The notes under the pieces: model-generated
What the model saw: the letters and a program-made list of their open reading frames with translations, nothing else
What the model was told of the DNA's origin: nothing
Databases searched by the model: none
Position numbers and translations under genes: made by a program
In this document: in pieces, positions 30,510 through 38,866 of the stretch
Position numbering within the stretch: the stretch's first letter is position 1
Layout of the letters: every line of letters starts with the position of its first letter
Assembly: GCA_001823535.1 (NCBI GenBank)
Contig: MHUT01000018.1
Coordinates: 55,628 to 119,627, forward strand
Reading direction: 5' to 3'
Length of the DNA stretch: 64,000 nt
Source of the DNA: Candidatus Yonathbacteria bacterium RIFCSPHIGHO2_02_FULL_44_14
GTDB lineage: Bacteria; Patescibacteriota; Minisyncoccia; Phycocordibacterales; UBA1550

Positions 30510-31517
30510 TTATATCTTAATTAAAGGAAAAACGTCGCATTTAAAAAACATATTCAGCAAGAAACTTAAGACATGTGAACTTGGGACAAATCCCAAACCT
30601 AACTCATTTCTCATTTGTAAGGCCATCTGGTTAATAGCATTCACTGGGTCGTTGTTATTCGCGTGAAGCAAAATTGTACTTTTGGTTCTTAGATATCCCT
30701 GTATAACACTCTTGTCGACCTCGTTTAGATCCTGAGAAAATGCTTCTTCTACATATTTGTGGTAGGAAATAAACCTCTCAATCTCAGACCCATCGTCTTT
30801 TAAACCAATGGAGGCTTTATAGATCTGGACCAACGCAGTCCATTCATCATTATATTTTTTCATTTTTTCCGCAGGGCTTGTTATGTACACCAGCTCCTCG
30901 TTCTCAATATTACTTTCCGATGAATTATTTCTCAACGAGAGGTTGAGAGAATTGAATAACATTTTGAACACTTCGGCATCCACATTTCTGTTAGAAATAA
31001 CATCTTCTGGCATAACAATAGATCCTTCGACATACGCACATATTTTCTTCATTTGTTCATCATCTGCATTATCAATCTCACGGAATATTTCGGCTGCAGA
31101 CAAAATCTTCAAAGAATAGCCTTCGTAAGACGGAGCAAATTTTTTAAGGTTATTTGGTAAATCAGTATCCTGAATTACAAAAAGAACCTCTGAAAAATCT
31201 TTATTCTCAGAAAAGGGTGGGATACTTGTGAAGGTATTTTTGATCTTTGATAAATCCTTTTGAACAGTTACTTGAATGCCTTGCTTCTTTTTAGTACTCA
31301 GAACATCAATACCCGGATAATTTACTTTTAATTTTTTTGTTGGTATATATTCTGGGTTATCCTTTTCGTATAGAATATTATATAATCCTGTTATAAAATC
31401 TTCAGCAGAAATTGCCCCGTTATTTCTGTTTGTTTTTGAATCTGTCCTGTTCTTTTGAAAATACAAAAGGGTCTTTGATGTTATTGAGTCCCACATCTTC
31501 TCCCTTAAAGTAATCAT
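30510..31517 (-). CDS. 335-aa protein, candidate effector component (first gene of the operon)
   Basis: First gene of the co-directional trio. Weak PD-(D/E)xK-like spacing around PGIDVL...KQGIQVTVQK. Otherwise unassigned. Confidence 0.35.
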   Translation of the reverse strand: MITLREKMWDSITSKTLLYFQKNRTDSKTNRNNGAISAEDFITGLYNILYEKDNPEYIPTKKLKVNYPGIDVLSTKKKQGIQVTVQKDLSKIKNTFTSIPPFSENKDFSEVLFVIQDTDLPNNLKKFAPSYEGYSLKILSAAEIFREIDNADDEQMKKICAYVEGSIVMPEDVISNRNVDAEVFKMLFNSLNLSLRNNSSESNIENEELVYITSPAEKMKKYNDEWTALVQIYKASIGLKDDGSEIERFISYHKYVEEAFSQDLNEVDKSVIQGYLRTKSTILLHANNNDPVNAINQMALQMRNELGLGFVPSSHVLSFLLNMFFKCDVFPLIKI

Positions 31518-31890
31518 GATTTAAATATTATAGCACCCAATCACACAAGACCGCTACTCAATCGCCAGCTGACTTATTATCAAATTCTTATATTCTCACG
31601 TGGTCAACATCGTGTGACTTCAAAACATCTCATATGGCCTGTTTTATGACCCTACAAGCACCTTTTAAACCTCTTGGTTCTCAAAATATAGAGCTCTGAA
31701 TGACCATTAACTGTGTAGCCTGACTTTCCCACCCATTCTAACTAATACTTAATTCAATACTCTACCTGTGCCCCTCTGATGACTGCTTAATCAAACATTT
31801 GCAAGGGCTAATTGTAGCGCAGGACTGCTTTGATAATATGTCCAAAAGCGAGAAAGATAGGTTTTTACACGGTTTAATGTTTTTTGGCGT

Positions 31891-31954
31891 ATCTCCACAA
31901 ATATGCAAAAAACCCAGAACAAGCGTTCTGGGTTTTTTGCATATTTGTGGAGAT
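31891..31954. repeat. perfect 64-bp palindrome (30-bp arms, 4-nt centre) containing a bidirectional intrinsic-terminator core
   Basis: atctccacaaatatgcaaaaaacccagaac-aagc-gttctgggttttttgcatatttgtggagat. The left arm starts with atctccaca, identical to the last 9 nt of ssrA (23803-23811). Confidence 0.6.
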
Positions 31955-31956
31955 GA

Positions 31957-32455
31957 GCAGTGTGCCTGCGCACACTGCGTGGGGGAATCGAAGCCTCGGA
32001 GCATATTTTTGTTTGCCACCTGCAAACAAAAATGCGAGAGGCAGCCAAAGAACGCGAGATGTTTTATGAATCCGATAGGATGAAATAAAACTCCGCGATT
32101 CTGAGGCGATGAACCTGGGGAATCGAGAAGCAGAAGCGGGCACCTAGTGTACTCACTGGGTCGCTGAGATGGGGCTGAAAGTACTTGGTGCTCGCAGTGA
32201 GTACTCTCACGAGAACACCTAGTAACTTGTAGCCGATGAACCCCAAAGACGCCTGTGCGTCTTGCGTGGGGGAATCGAAAGACGGAGGCATCCCGAGGCT
32301 TCTGCGAAGGAGCCGAGTCGGGGTAGCGGATACTTAATGCTCGCAGGGCGTACTCGCCCGAGAACATTTAGTAATCCGTGACCGATGAACCCTGAATCAA
32401 AAAGCTCAGGCGGATACCCTGTGTACTCACATGGTATCCGAGTTAGGCTGAAAGT
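31957..32455. repeat. tandem array (3-4 copies) of about 140-nt structured repeat units, candidate ncRNA(s)
   Basis: Units end in cgatgaacc (32107-32115, 32234-32242, 32383-32391) and begin with (t)ggggaatcga(g/a)aag. Conserved hairpins with loop TACT whose stems differ by compensatory changes (gcagTGAGtactCTCAcgag 32194-32213 vs gcagGGCGtactCGCCcgag 32343-32362). Confidence 0.5.
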
Positions 32456-32480
32456 AAAAAGCGCTTCCGAAGAAGCGCGT
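32456..32480 (-). terminator. intrinsic terminator downstream of the 32512..32934 gene (minus strand)
   Basis: GCGCTTC-ttcg-GAAGCGC followed by TTTTTAC on the minus strand. Confidence 0.45.
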
Positions 32481-32511
32481 TGTCAAAAATCTCAAAAAAA
32501 GAACAAGTGTA

Positions 32512-32934
32512 TCAACAAACCAAATCTTCTTCGGCCTCGCCTTCATTGGGGCAAGTGCCGGTGAACGCATTGAGACACCAGATATTGTTACAAGATACAC
32601 AACTGGCATCCCGAACTTCTTGGTGGCGTGGCAACTCCCACAATAACACTGCTGCACGGCCGCCTTGTGCCTCGGGTTCCTGCTGATCAACAACATCCGC
32701 TAACTCATGCGGATCCAACACTTCGTCGAAATCGGGCGAATAACCTTGGGGTGTCGTGACACCCTCTTTGATTGGTGGTTTCCAAAAATGAACGAGGTGC
32801 AGCATTGCAATATATCTTGCGTTTTCAGCCATCCCTAAAGATGGAGTGATTTTCCGTGCATAGGGCAAGGAAGCCCTTCTTTCTACATTCATTTTTGTTC
32901 CCCTTTCAAAAAACTGTTCGAAAATATGACCCAT
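32512..32934 (-). CDS. hypothetical protein (140 aa)
   Basis: ORF with Cys-rich C-terminus (CVSCNNIWCLNAFTGTCPNEG). No assignable family. Confidence 0.3.
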   Translation of the reverse strand: MGHIFEQFFERGTKMNVERRASLPYARKITPSLGMAENARYIAMLHLVHFWKPPIKEGVTTPQGYSPDFDEVLDPHELADVVDQQEPEAQGGRAAVLLWELPRHQEVRDASCVSCNNIWCLNAFTGTCPNEGEAEEDLVC

Positions 32935-33055
32935 TTATTGCATAAATATAACTGAAATATTGTATCATATATTGAATGTTTTGTATAGGGCTTCGTGTAT
33001 TATGATATAAGAAAGTTTGTTGTGCCACTTTACAAAACAAAAAAAAGTAGTATAA

Positions 33056-33685
33056 ATGCAAAAGGGTTTGCCCTTTCATTCACACAAGGAGGTTATCATG
33101 TATGAGGAACGAATTTCCTACAACAAGGAAACGTTATTGGATTTAGCTCATTCGCAATTCGGGGGATTCTATAACAGACGAATGGACAAAGAAAATTTCT
33201 TGCAAGACTTGTGGAGTATGCTTGCATCATTTACACGCTATAACAAATGCAACTCACTCATTCAAAGTGCGGTGCTCAACCTTGAGCACAGCGATCTTAT
33301 ACCCCGCACTTTTCTTATCCTCTCGATACAGTACGGATCATTTCACCTCACTCCAAGCAGGATAAGCATTCTCAAGGACTTCATCGGTCTGCTTGATAAA
33401 GATTTTGAGGATGAAGAGTTGCGTGTTTGCGCGTATGCTCACGAAAAAACTTTCACCTTCTTCCCGGAGCTTTATCAGGTTTGGCAGAACATTCGGGAGG
33501 TATATGGAGCAGAAGAATTTAATTTGAGCGTACTCCCTCCAACGCCATACTATGCGTACCACTTTCTCGCACTCAACCGCAGGGGAAAAATGGAAAAGAA
33601 TCCACGGGGTGCGGAATTGTTCGGGGAACTCTGCGCTATTGAACATCAAATGGAAAAGCTTTTTTTGCTCACAACTCCCCTGTAA
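33056..33685 (+). CDS. hypothetical protein (209 aa)
   Basis: Clean ORF with a plausible RBS context. No recognisable motif. Confidence 0.35.
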   Translation: MQKGLPFHSHKEVIMYEERISYNKETLLDLAHSQFGGFYNRRMDKENFLQDLWSMLASFTRYNKCNSLIQSAVLNLEHSDLIPRTFLILSIQYGSFHLTPSRISILKDFIGLLDKDFEDEELRVCAYAHEKTFTFFPELYQVWQNIREVYGAEEFNLSVLPPTPYYAYHFLALNRRGKMEKNPRGAELFGELCAIEHQMEKLFLLTTPL

Positions 33686-33736
33686 AATCGTTCATAACAA
33701 CAATCGATCAAATCAAAAGCCATCCGTAATTCCAGG

Positions 33737-34498
33737 ATGGCTTTTTCTTTACCCTATCCCCCATGCTATACTACACCCATGCCATCCCCTCATCGCATCC
33801 TCCTCAAACTATCAGGCGAGCAATTCGCTGGTAAAAATGCCTTTGGTATTGATACTGATTTCCTTCTCGACCTCGCGCGCGAGCTTCACGAAGTGGTCAC
33901 GGAAACCAAAGTGCAAATCGTTATTGTTGTCGGTGGTGGAAACTTTCTTCGCGGAGCTGCTCTTTCAAAAAATGAAGCGACTATCGAGCGCGCAACTGCC
34001 GACTATATGGGAATGCTCGCAACCGTCATGAACGGCATGGCGCTTGTGGATATCCTCGAGCATTTTGGTCAGCCCGCTCGTCTCCAGACGCGTATTCGCA
34101 TTGATTCGGTCGCTGAACCATTTATTCGCAGGCGCGCAATTCGTCACCTTGAAAAAGGGCGTATCGTAGTCATTGGCGGAGGAACCGGCAACCCCTATGT
34201 GACCACCGACACCGCAGCGGTGTCCACCGCTCTTGAGCTCGGATGCGACATTGTCCTCAAGGCAACAAAAGTAGACGGTGTATATTCACAAGATCCAAAC
34301 AAACACAGCGACGCGGTAAAAATAACACAGATGTCACATCTCGACGTTATTAAAGATGAAAACATTTCAGTAATGGATAATGCGGCAATCTCTCTTGCTA
34401 TGGACAACAAGCTTCCACTTCGAATTTTTGAGCTTCTCACAAAAGGCAATATCAAGCGCATCGCAAACGGTGAAGAAGTGGGTACTCTGGTGAAATAG
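33737..34498 (+). CDS. pyrH: UMP kinase PyrH
   Basis: RILLKLSGE...VIVVGGGNFLRG...GTGNPYVTTDTAA amino-acid kinase family signatures. Confidence 0.85.
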   Translation: MAFSLPYPPCYTTPMPSPHRILLKLSGEQFAGKNAFGIDTDFLLDLARELHEVVTETKVQIVIVVGGGNFLRGAALSKNEATIERATADYMGMLATVMNGMALVDILEHFGQPARLQTRIRIDSVAEPFIRRRAIRHLEKGRIVVIGGGTGNPYVTTDTAAVSTALELGCDIVLKATKVDGVYSQDPNKHSDAVKITQMSHLDVIKDENISVMDNAAISLAMDNKLPLRIFELLTKGNIKRIANGEEVGTLVK

Positions 34499-34506
34499 AT
34501 AAATAA

Positions 34507-34550
34507 AAAATCCCGCATTTGTTCGGTCGAACAAATGCGGGATTTTTTAT
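34507..34550. terminator. bidirectional intrinsic terminator between convergent pyrH and 34551..34985
   Basis: AAAAAATCCCGCATTTGTTCG-gt-CGAACAAATGCGGGATTTTTTAT: 16-bp perfect stem flanked by A-run and T-run. Confidence 0.65.
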
Positions 34551-34985
34551 TTATCTGCTCCAAAACTCACTTGTAAAATAATTGTAGTTAATCATTCCCT
34601 GGTACGCGGCAAAAATATACCAAACAGAAAGAATGAGTCCGATGATTGAAAATATAAGCCCGGTACGTGCCCATTTTTGACGTAATGACCGAAGACCGAT
34701 AATAGAGAGCGTAATACCTGCCAACGAATACACAACACCAAAAAGAATCACAATCCATGAAATCATTGCAACCGCACCAAGAATCATTCCGATGAATGCG
34801 CATCTCTCTCGAGGCCCATCTGTTTTTTTAAGAAGCTCCGGCGGGATAAACGAGAACTTGGGCAATGATGTTAATTTATGTGGTGGTGCAGCGAGAATAA
34901 CTTCCTGCTGTTCTTGAATTGGATTAAAATGTTCTAGTTCCATTGCATATAGTGTACCAGATTTTTTACGCACACAAGATGACAC
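34551..34985 (-). CDS. small integral membrane protein (DUF4190-like, 2 TM at C-terminus)
   Basis: C-terminal pair of TM helices with Gly/Ile-rich pattern. Confidence 0.4.
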   Translation of the reverse strand: MSSCVRKKSGTLYAMELEHFNPIQEQQEVILAAPPHKLTSLPKFSFIPPELLKKTDGPRERCAFIGMILGAVAMISWIVILFGVVYSLAGITLSIIGLRSLRQKWARTGLIFSIIGLILSVWYIFAAYQGMINYNYFTSEFWSR

Positions 34986-35069
34986 CCTGTTGAAAACTTC
35001 ACTAGCTAGTGCATGGATGCAGGTGTATGATTAAATAAAGGTCTTAGTAATTCATTAAACAGAAATATT

Positions 35070-35294
35070 ATGAAAACAATCACATATACGGTTCTTGGTT
35101 TAGTAGCTTTGGTACCAACTCTTGCAAGCGCATGCTTTTCCGATTGGGGTCTTGATGGTGGCTACGGAATGATGGGTTATGGCGGAGGGATGATGGGAAG
35201 TTTTGGGCTACTTGCAATAATGATGTGGAGTGTTTGGCTCGTTGTGGGAATTCTCGCAATTGTTTGGCTTTGGCAACACGTTAATAAAAAGTAA
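35070..35294 (+). CDS. small Gly/Met-rich membrane protein (74 aa)
   Basis: Signal/TM, GYGGGMMG low-complexity segment, C-terminal TM. Confidence 0.3.
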   Translation: MKTITYTVLGLVALVPTLASACFSDWGLDGGYGMMGYGGGMMGSFGLLAIMMWSVWLVVGILAIVWLWQHVNKK

Positions 35295-35477
35295 TCGCTA
35301 AAATACTCGTTTCGGGTGCCAAAAAAGTCACTTTATAGTGACTTTTTTGGCACCCCCCCATAATACCCCAAATTGATTGACTTTTATTTCAAAATAACCT
35401 ACAATCTTCCTGACTCCGCAATGTGTTTGCGGTGTTGTTAGTTTACCCAAGAGCTTTGAAATAGGCTCTCAAATCCA

Positions 35478-35996
35478 TTGACTCCAAAGACGAAAATTAA
35501 CCATCAAATCCGCGCAAAAGAACTCCGTGTTATTACGGATACTGGCGAAATTCTTGGAGTCCTTTCCCTTTCGGAGGCGCTCGCAAAAGCAGAATCACTC
35601 GGGCTTGATCTCATTGAGATCTCCCCAAATGCTGAACCGCCAGTTGCGAAAATAATGGATTATGGTAAATATCAGTACCAACAGAGCAAAAAACAAAAGG
35701 AAGCAAAAGCTCGCGCGCACGTTACGGAAACCAAAACACTGCAGGTAAAGATCGGCACCTCGGAACACGACCTCGAGCTAAAGGCAAAAAACGCATCGAA
35801 ATGGCTCAAGGAAGGTCACCGCGTAAAAATCGATCTTTTCCTTGTAGGACGATCAAAATACGCAGATATGGGGTTCAAAAAGGAGCGACTCGACAGAATT
35901 TTAACCCTCATTTCGGAGGAATACCGATTGCAAGGCGAGCCACTCAAAAGTCCAAAGGGACTCTCAGTCACACTTGAACGCGCATCAAAGAAGTAG
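35478..35996 (+). CDS. infC: translation initiation factor IF-3
   Basis: ELRVITDTGEILGVLSLSEAL...LDLIEISPNAEPPVAKIMDYGKYQY. Non-ATG start (TTG here), as is usual for infC. Confidence 0.85.
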   Translation: MTPKTKINHQIRAKELRVITDTGEILGVLSLSEALAKAESLGLDLIEISPNAEPPVAKIMDYGKYQYQQSKKQKEAKARAHVTETKTLQVKIGTSEHDLELKAKNASKWLKEGHRVKIDLFLVGRSKYADMGFKKERLDRILTLISEEYRLQGEPLKSPKGLSVTLERASKK

Positions 35997-36031
35997 TGAA
36001 AATCAATGAGCGGAGCGATTATGATTTTCCT

Positions 36032-36129
36032 ACCCAGCCCCACTTTTATCGGTTTCCGTCTTTAAATAAACGACTTGTAAATAACACTAAATTATAGTAA
36101 GGTATGACAATATAAAAGTGGGGCTGGGT
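36032..36129 (+). promoter_or_regulatory. long-range hairpin in the infC-rpmI intergenic leader (candidate L20 autoregulatory leader)
   Basis: 18-bp inverted repeat ACCCAGCCCCACTTTTAT (36032-36049) / ATAAAAGTGGGGCTGGGT (36112-36129) enclosing about 60 nt, just upstream of rpmI-rplT. Confidence 0.4.
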
Positions 36130-36170
36130 GGTGATTTTTATGGTCGCCGTGCTCCCTAAAAATCAACCAC

Positions 36171-36362
36171 ATGAAAACAAACAAATCATTTACCAAACGA
36201 CTCAAGGTGACAAAGACTGGAAAGATTCTTGGTCGCAAGCCGGGTCAGAACCACTTTAACGCAAAGGCAAGCCGTTCGAAACAGCTCGCAGGCAAGCGCA
36301 TGAGCGAATTTCCTATGACCAACAAGGACAAAGCGCGATTTTTACCAGGACTTCTAAAATAA
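36171..36362 (+). CDS. rpmI: 50S ribosomal protein L35
   Basis: 63 aa, basic, MKTNKSFTKRLKVTKTGKIL... Confidence 0.85.
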   Translation: MKTNKSFTKRLKVTKTGKILGRKPGQNHFNAKASRSKQLAGKRMSEFPMTNKDKARFLPGLLK

Positions 36363-36368
36363 TCTACT

Positions 36369-36713
36369 ATGACAAGAGTAAAACGAGGAACAACTTCAGC
36401 AAAACATCGCCGAAACGTCCTAGCTCAGGTAAAGGGCTACCGTTTTGGACGTAGCACAAAAGAAATCCAAGCGAACGACGCTATTGCACACGCAGGAGCT
36501 TACGCTTTTGCTCACCGTCGCGACAAGAAGAATGTATTCCGCCGCCTTTGGACTGTAAAAATGAACGCGGCCCTCCGACCTCTTGGCTTTTCATACAGCA
36601 AGTTTATTGATGCGCTCAAGAAAAAGAACATCATCATCGATAGAAAGATTATGGCTGACCTTGCAGAGAATAATCCAGAAACATTTGTAAACGTAGTGAA
36701 TGAAGTAAAGTAA
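36369..36713 (+). CDS. rplT: 50S ribosomal protein L20
   Basis: MTRVKRGTTSAKHRRNVLAQVKGYRFGRS... conserved L20 N-terminus. Confidence 0.9.
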   Translation: MTRVKRGTTSAKHRRNVLAQVKGYRFGRSTKEIQANDAIAHAGAYAFAHRRDKKNVFRRLWTVKMNAALRPLGFSYSKFIDALKKKNIIIDRKIMADLAENNPETFVNVVNEVK

Positions 36714-36725
36714 TAACTCAGAACA

Positions 36726-36790
36726 CCAAGCAAAAAGCTCCAGCTTCTTTTAAAAAAAGCTGGAGCTTTTTGCTTGGTGTTCTACATGAC
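36726..36790. terminator. bidirectional terminator between convergent rplT and 36782..37432 (about 25-bp perfect stem)
   Basis: AACACCAAGCAAAAAGCTCCAGCTT-cttttaaaaa-AAGCTGGAGCTTTTTGCTTGGTGTT. Confidence 0.6.
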
Positions 36791-37432
36791 TCTCTCCCCT
36801 TCCTTTCCTCCAACTCCGTCAAAATTTTCATAAACATATTGAGGGCATTTTTCGCCGAGGTCGCAAACTTTTCGTCCTTGTATAGCATCAATAAGTCTTG
36901 CAACAAGCTGTTTTGGACTCTCGTCAAAAACAACAATGCCCTCTTCTTTACGGTGGCTTTTTTCAAGCATATCTTCCAAAACTTCGTCCATCTCCCATGG
37001 GCCACGAAGAACTCCCAGCGGCTTATGGTCTTCAAAAGCAATGGTGAATTCGTTTACCGTACCAATACGACCGCACCCAACAATTACCCCGTCTGATGCT
37101 CGAGTCAGCAAAAGATTGCGACCAGAGTATCCAAAGCCAGTGTAAATAATAACATCCAAATAATCGAGCGGGAGTCCGTACGTTTCGACGTGTTCTCTTT
37201 CACTCGACGCGGGAGACATCCCAATGGAGACACCGCCCATTTCTTTTGCTCCCATTGCCGCCCACAAAGGAAATCCGGTTGTTGCACCGGTCACCAAAAT
37301 ACCACCCTGGCGAATAATCTCACGTCCGAGCTCTTTTGCATTCTCTATTGCATCATCGCCGCAGTACGTCGTATCTGCCGCACCGGATACACAGATTTTT
37401 ATTTTAAAATGTTGATGTTTTTCGGTTCCCAT
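36782..37432 (-). CDS. LOG / TIGR00725-family Rossmann-fold protein
   Basis: KICVSGAAD...GGILVTGATTGFPLWAAMGAKEMGG pattern of LOG-like nucleotide-binding proteins. Confidence 0.5.
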   Translation of the reverse strand: MGTEKHQHFKIKICVSGAADTTYCGDDAIENAKELGREIIRQGGILVTGATTGFPLWAAMGAKEMGGVSIGMSPASSEREHVETYGLPLDYLDVIIYTGFGYSGRNLLLTRASDGVIVGCGRIGTVNEFTIAFEDHKPLGVLRGPWEMDEVLEDMLEKSHRKEEGIVVFDESPKQLVARLIDAIQGRKVCDLGEKCPQYVYENFDGVGGKEGERVM

Positions 37433-37500
37433 ATTTGCTCATTCTATCAGTAATCACACCTCAGTCAAAACCTCAGCCATGACCTCAGTCAAATTGTTTG

Positions 37501-38859
37501 CTAAAAGTCGATTTCAACGACGTCGCCTGTTTTTGGGACACGGGCATCTATCCCGAGATAGTCACGCACACGCTGTGCAAAGAAAAGTCCAGCTCCCAAT
37601 TCCGCATGCACTACAAAAACTTTTTTTACTGAATCCTGCATCTCAGTCACGAATTCAAGGAGCGCGTTCATATCCTTATGCGCTGAATATCCTTGGAGAG
37701 TAACAACCTTTGCGCGCACCGGCACGTCTTCATCAAAGATCCTAACACTTTTTATTCCTTCTTGAAGTGCGCGTCCCATCGTGCCGACGGCCTGATATCC
37801 TACAAGAAGCAGGGTGCTCTTTGGATCAGGGAGGTAATTGCGCTCGTGATGCATAATACGACCGCCATTCGACATGCCCGATCCTGCAATAATAATTTTG
37901 GGGTTAGGGACATCTTTTATTGCAATTGAGTCTTGCGAGCGCTCCGTAAAGCGGAGTTTTGGAAATTTAAAAATATCATCACCACCACTCATCGTATCTT
38001 GAATATCTTTGTTAAAATACGACTTGCTGTCACTAAACACCTTTGTAACTTTTATTGCAAGAGGAGAGTCCACAAAGACAGGGATTTCAGGAATTGTCTT
38101 TCCTTCTACCATCGCGTTTAATTCGAAAAGTAAGTCTTGCGTTCGCTCGATAGAAAATGCAGGGATCATCAATGTTCCTCCGCGCGCGACTGTTTCCTCG
38201 ATTACTTCCTTGAGGCGATTTGAGCGTTCTAGAAGATTTTCGTGAACACGGTCGCCGTATACTGCTTCCATCACAAGAAAATCAACATTTGAAAGAAGCG
38301 CGGTGTCTGGCATCAATGGTGATGGTGAGTTGCCGAGGTCGCCTGAAAATATGAGTTTCTTGCTATTATGCGTCATTTCAATCATCGCAGAACCGAGAAT
38401 ATGCCCCGCATCGCGAAAACACACGCGGAGATCATTCTTGAAAACGACTTCCTTGTCGTATGGAATCGCTTCCCAGTGCGCAAATGCTTTTCCCACCGCG
38501 TCCTCGTGGTACAAGGGCTCATGTCCATCGGCTTTTGCTTCGCGCGCAATCACTCGAAGCGTGTCTTCGAGCATCAGTTTTGCAATTTCACGAGTAGGCG
38601 GTGTGGAATAAATCTTTCCCTTGAACCCTTCGTTCATGAGTTTTGGAATACGACCCACATGATCAAGATGCGCATGAGTTACAAAGAGCGCATCAATGAT
38701 GGCTGGGTCATATGGAAATGGGTCGTTATTTTTATCATCACAAACCTTCACACCTTGGAAAAACCCGCAGTCAATCATGATATTTACCCCATCTCCTTCA
38801 AGGATATGATTTGAGCCCGTCACCTCCCCTGCCGCACCGTAAAATTTAAGTTTCATCAT
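37501..38859 (-). CDS. MBL-fold beta-CASP family hydrolase (RNase J / CPSF-like ribonuclease)
   Basis: HAHLDHVGRIPKL (HxHxDH motif), downstream beta-CASP motifs. 452 aa. Confidence 0.65.
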   Translation of the reverse strand: MMKLKFYGAAGEVTGSNHILEGDGVNIMIDCGFFQGVKVCDDKNNDPFPYDPAIIDALFVTHAHLDHVGRIPKLMNEGFKGKIYSTPPTREIAKLMLEDTLRVIAREAKADGHEPLYHEDAVGKAFAHWEAIPYDKEVVFKNDLRVCFRDAGHILGSAMIEMTHNSKKLIFSGDLGNSPSPLMPDTALLSNVDFLVMEAVYGDRVHENLLERSNRLKEVIEETVARGGTLMIPAFSIERTQDLLFELNAMVEGKTIPEIPVFVDSPLAIKVTKVFSDSKSYFNKDIQDTMSGGDDIFKFPKLRFTERSQDSIAIKDVPNPKIIIAGSGMSNGGRIMHHERNYLPDPKSTLLLVGYQAVGTMGRALQEGIKSVRIFDEDVPVRAKVVTLQGYSAHKDMNALLEFVTEMQDSVKKVFVVHAELGAGLFFAQRVRDYLGIDARVPKTGDVVEIDF

Positions 38860-38866
38860 GATTAAT

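Noticed and set aside
32100-32300. Possible hammerhead ribozyme cores in the tandem repeats (cCGATGAAcc...GGGGGAATCGAAAg)
   Set aside because: The conserved CUGAUGA box is not matched (CCGAUGA, U4 missing). The GAAA box is displaced (GAAUCGAAA) and helix II is absent in one copy. Kept as an unknown structured RNA instead.
31762-32367. 201-aa ORF and several 60-90-aa ORFs (both strands) inside the repeat array
   Set aside because: Low-complexity Ser/Pro/Arg-rich translations that simply follow the GC-rich repeats. Overlapping ORFs occur on both strands with no start or RBS context, so they are likely not coding.
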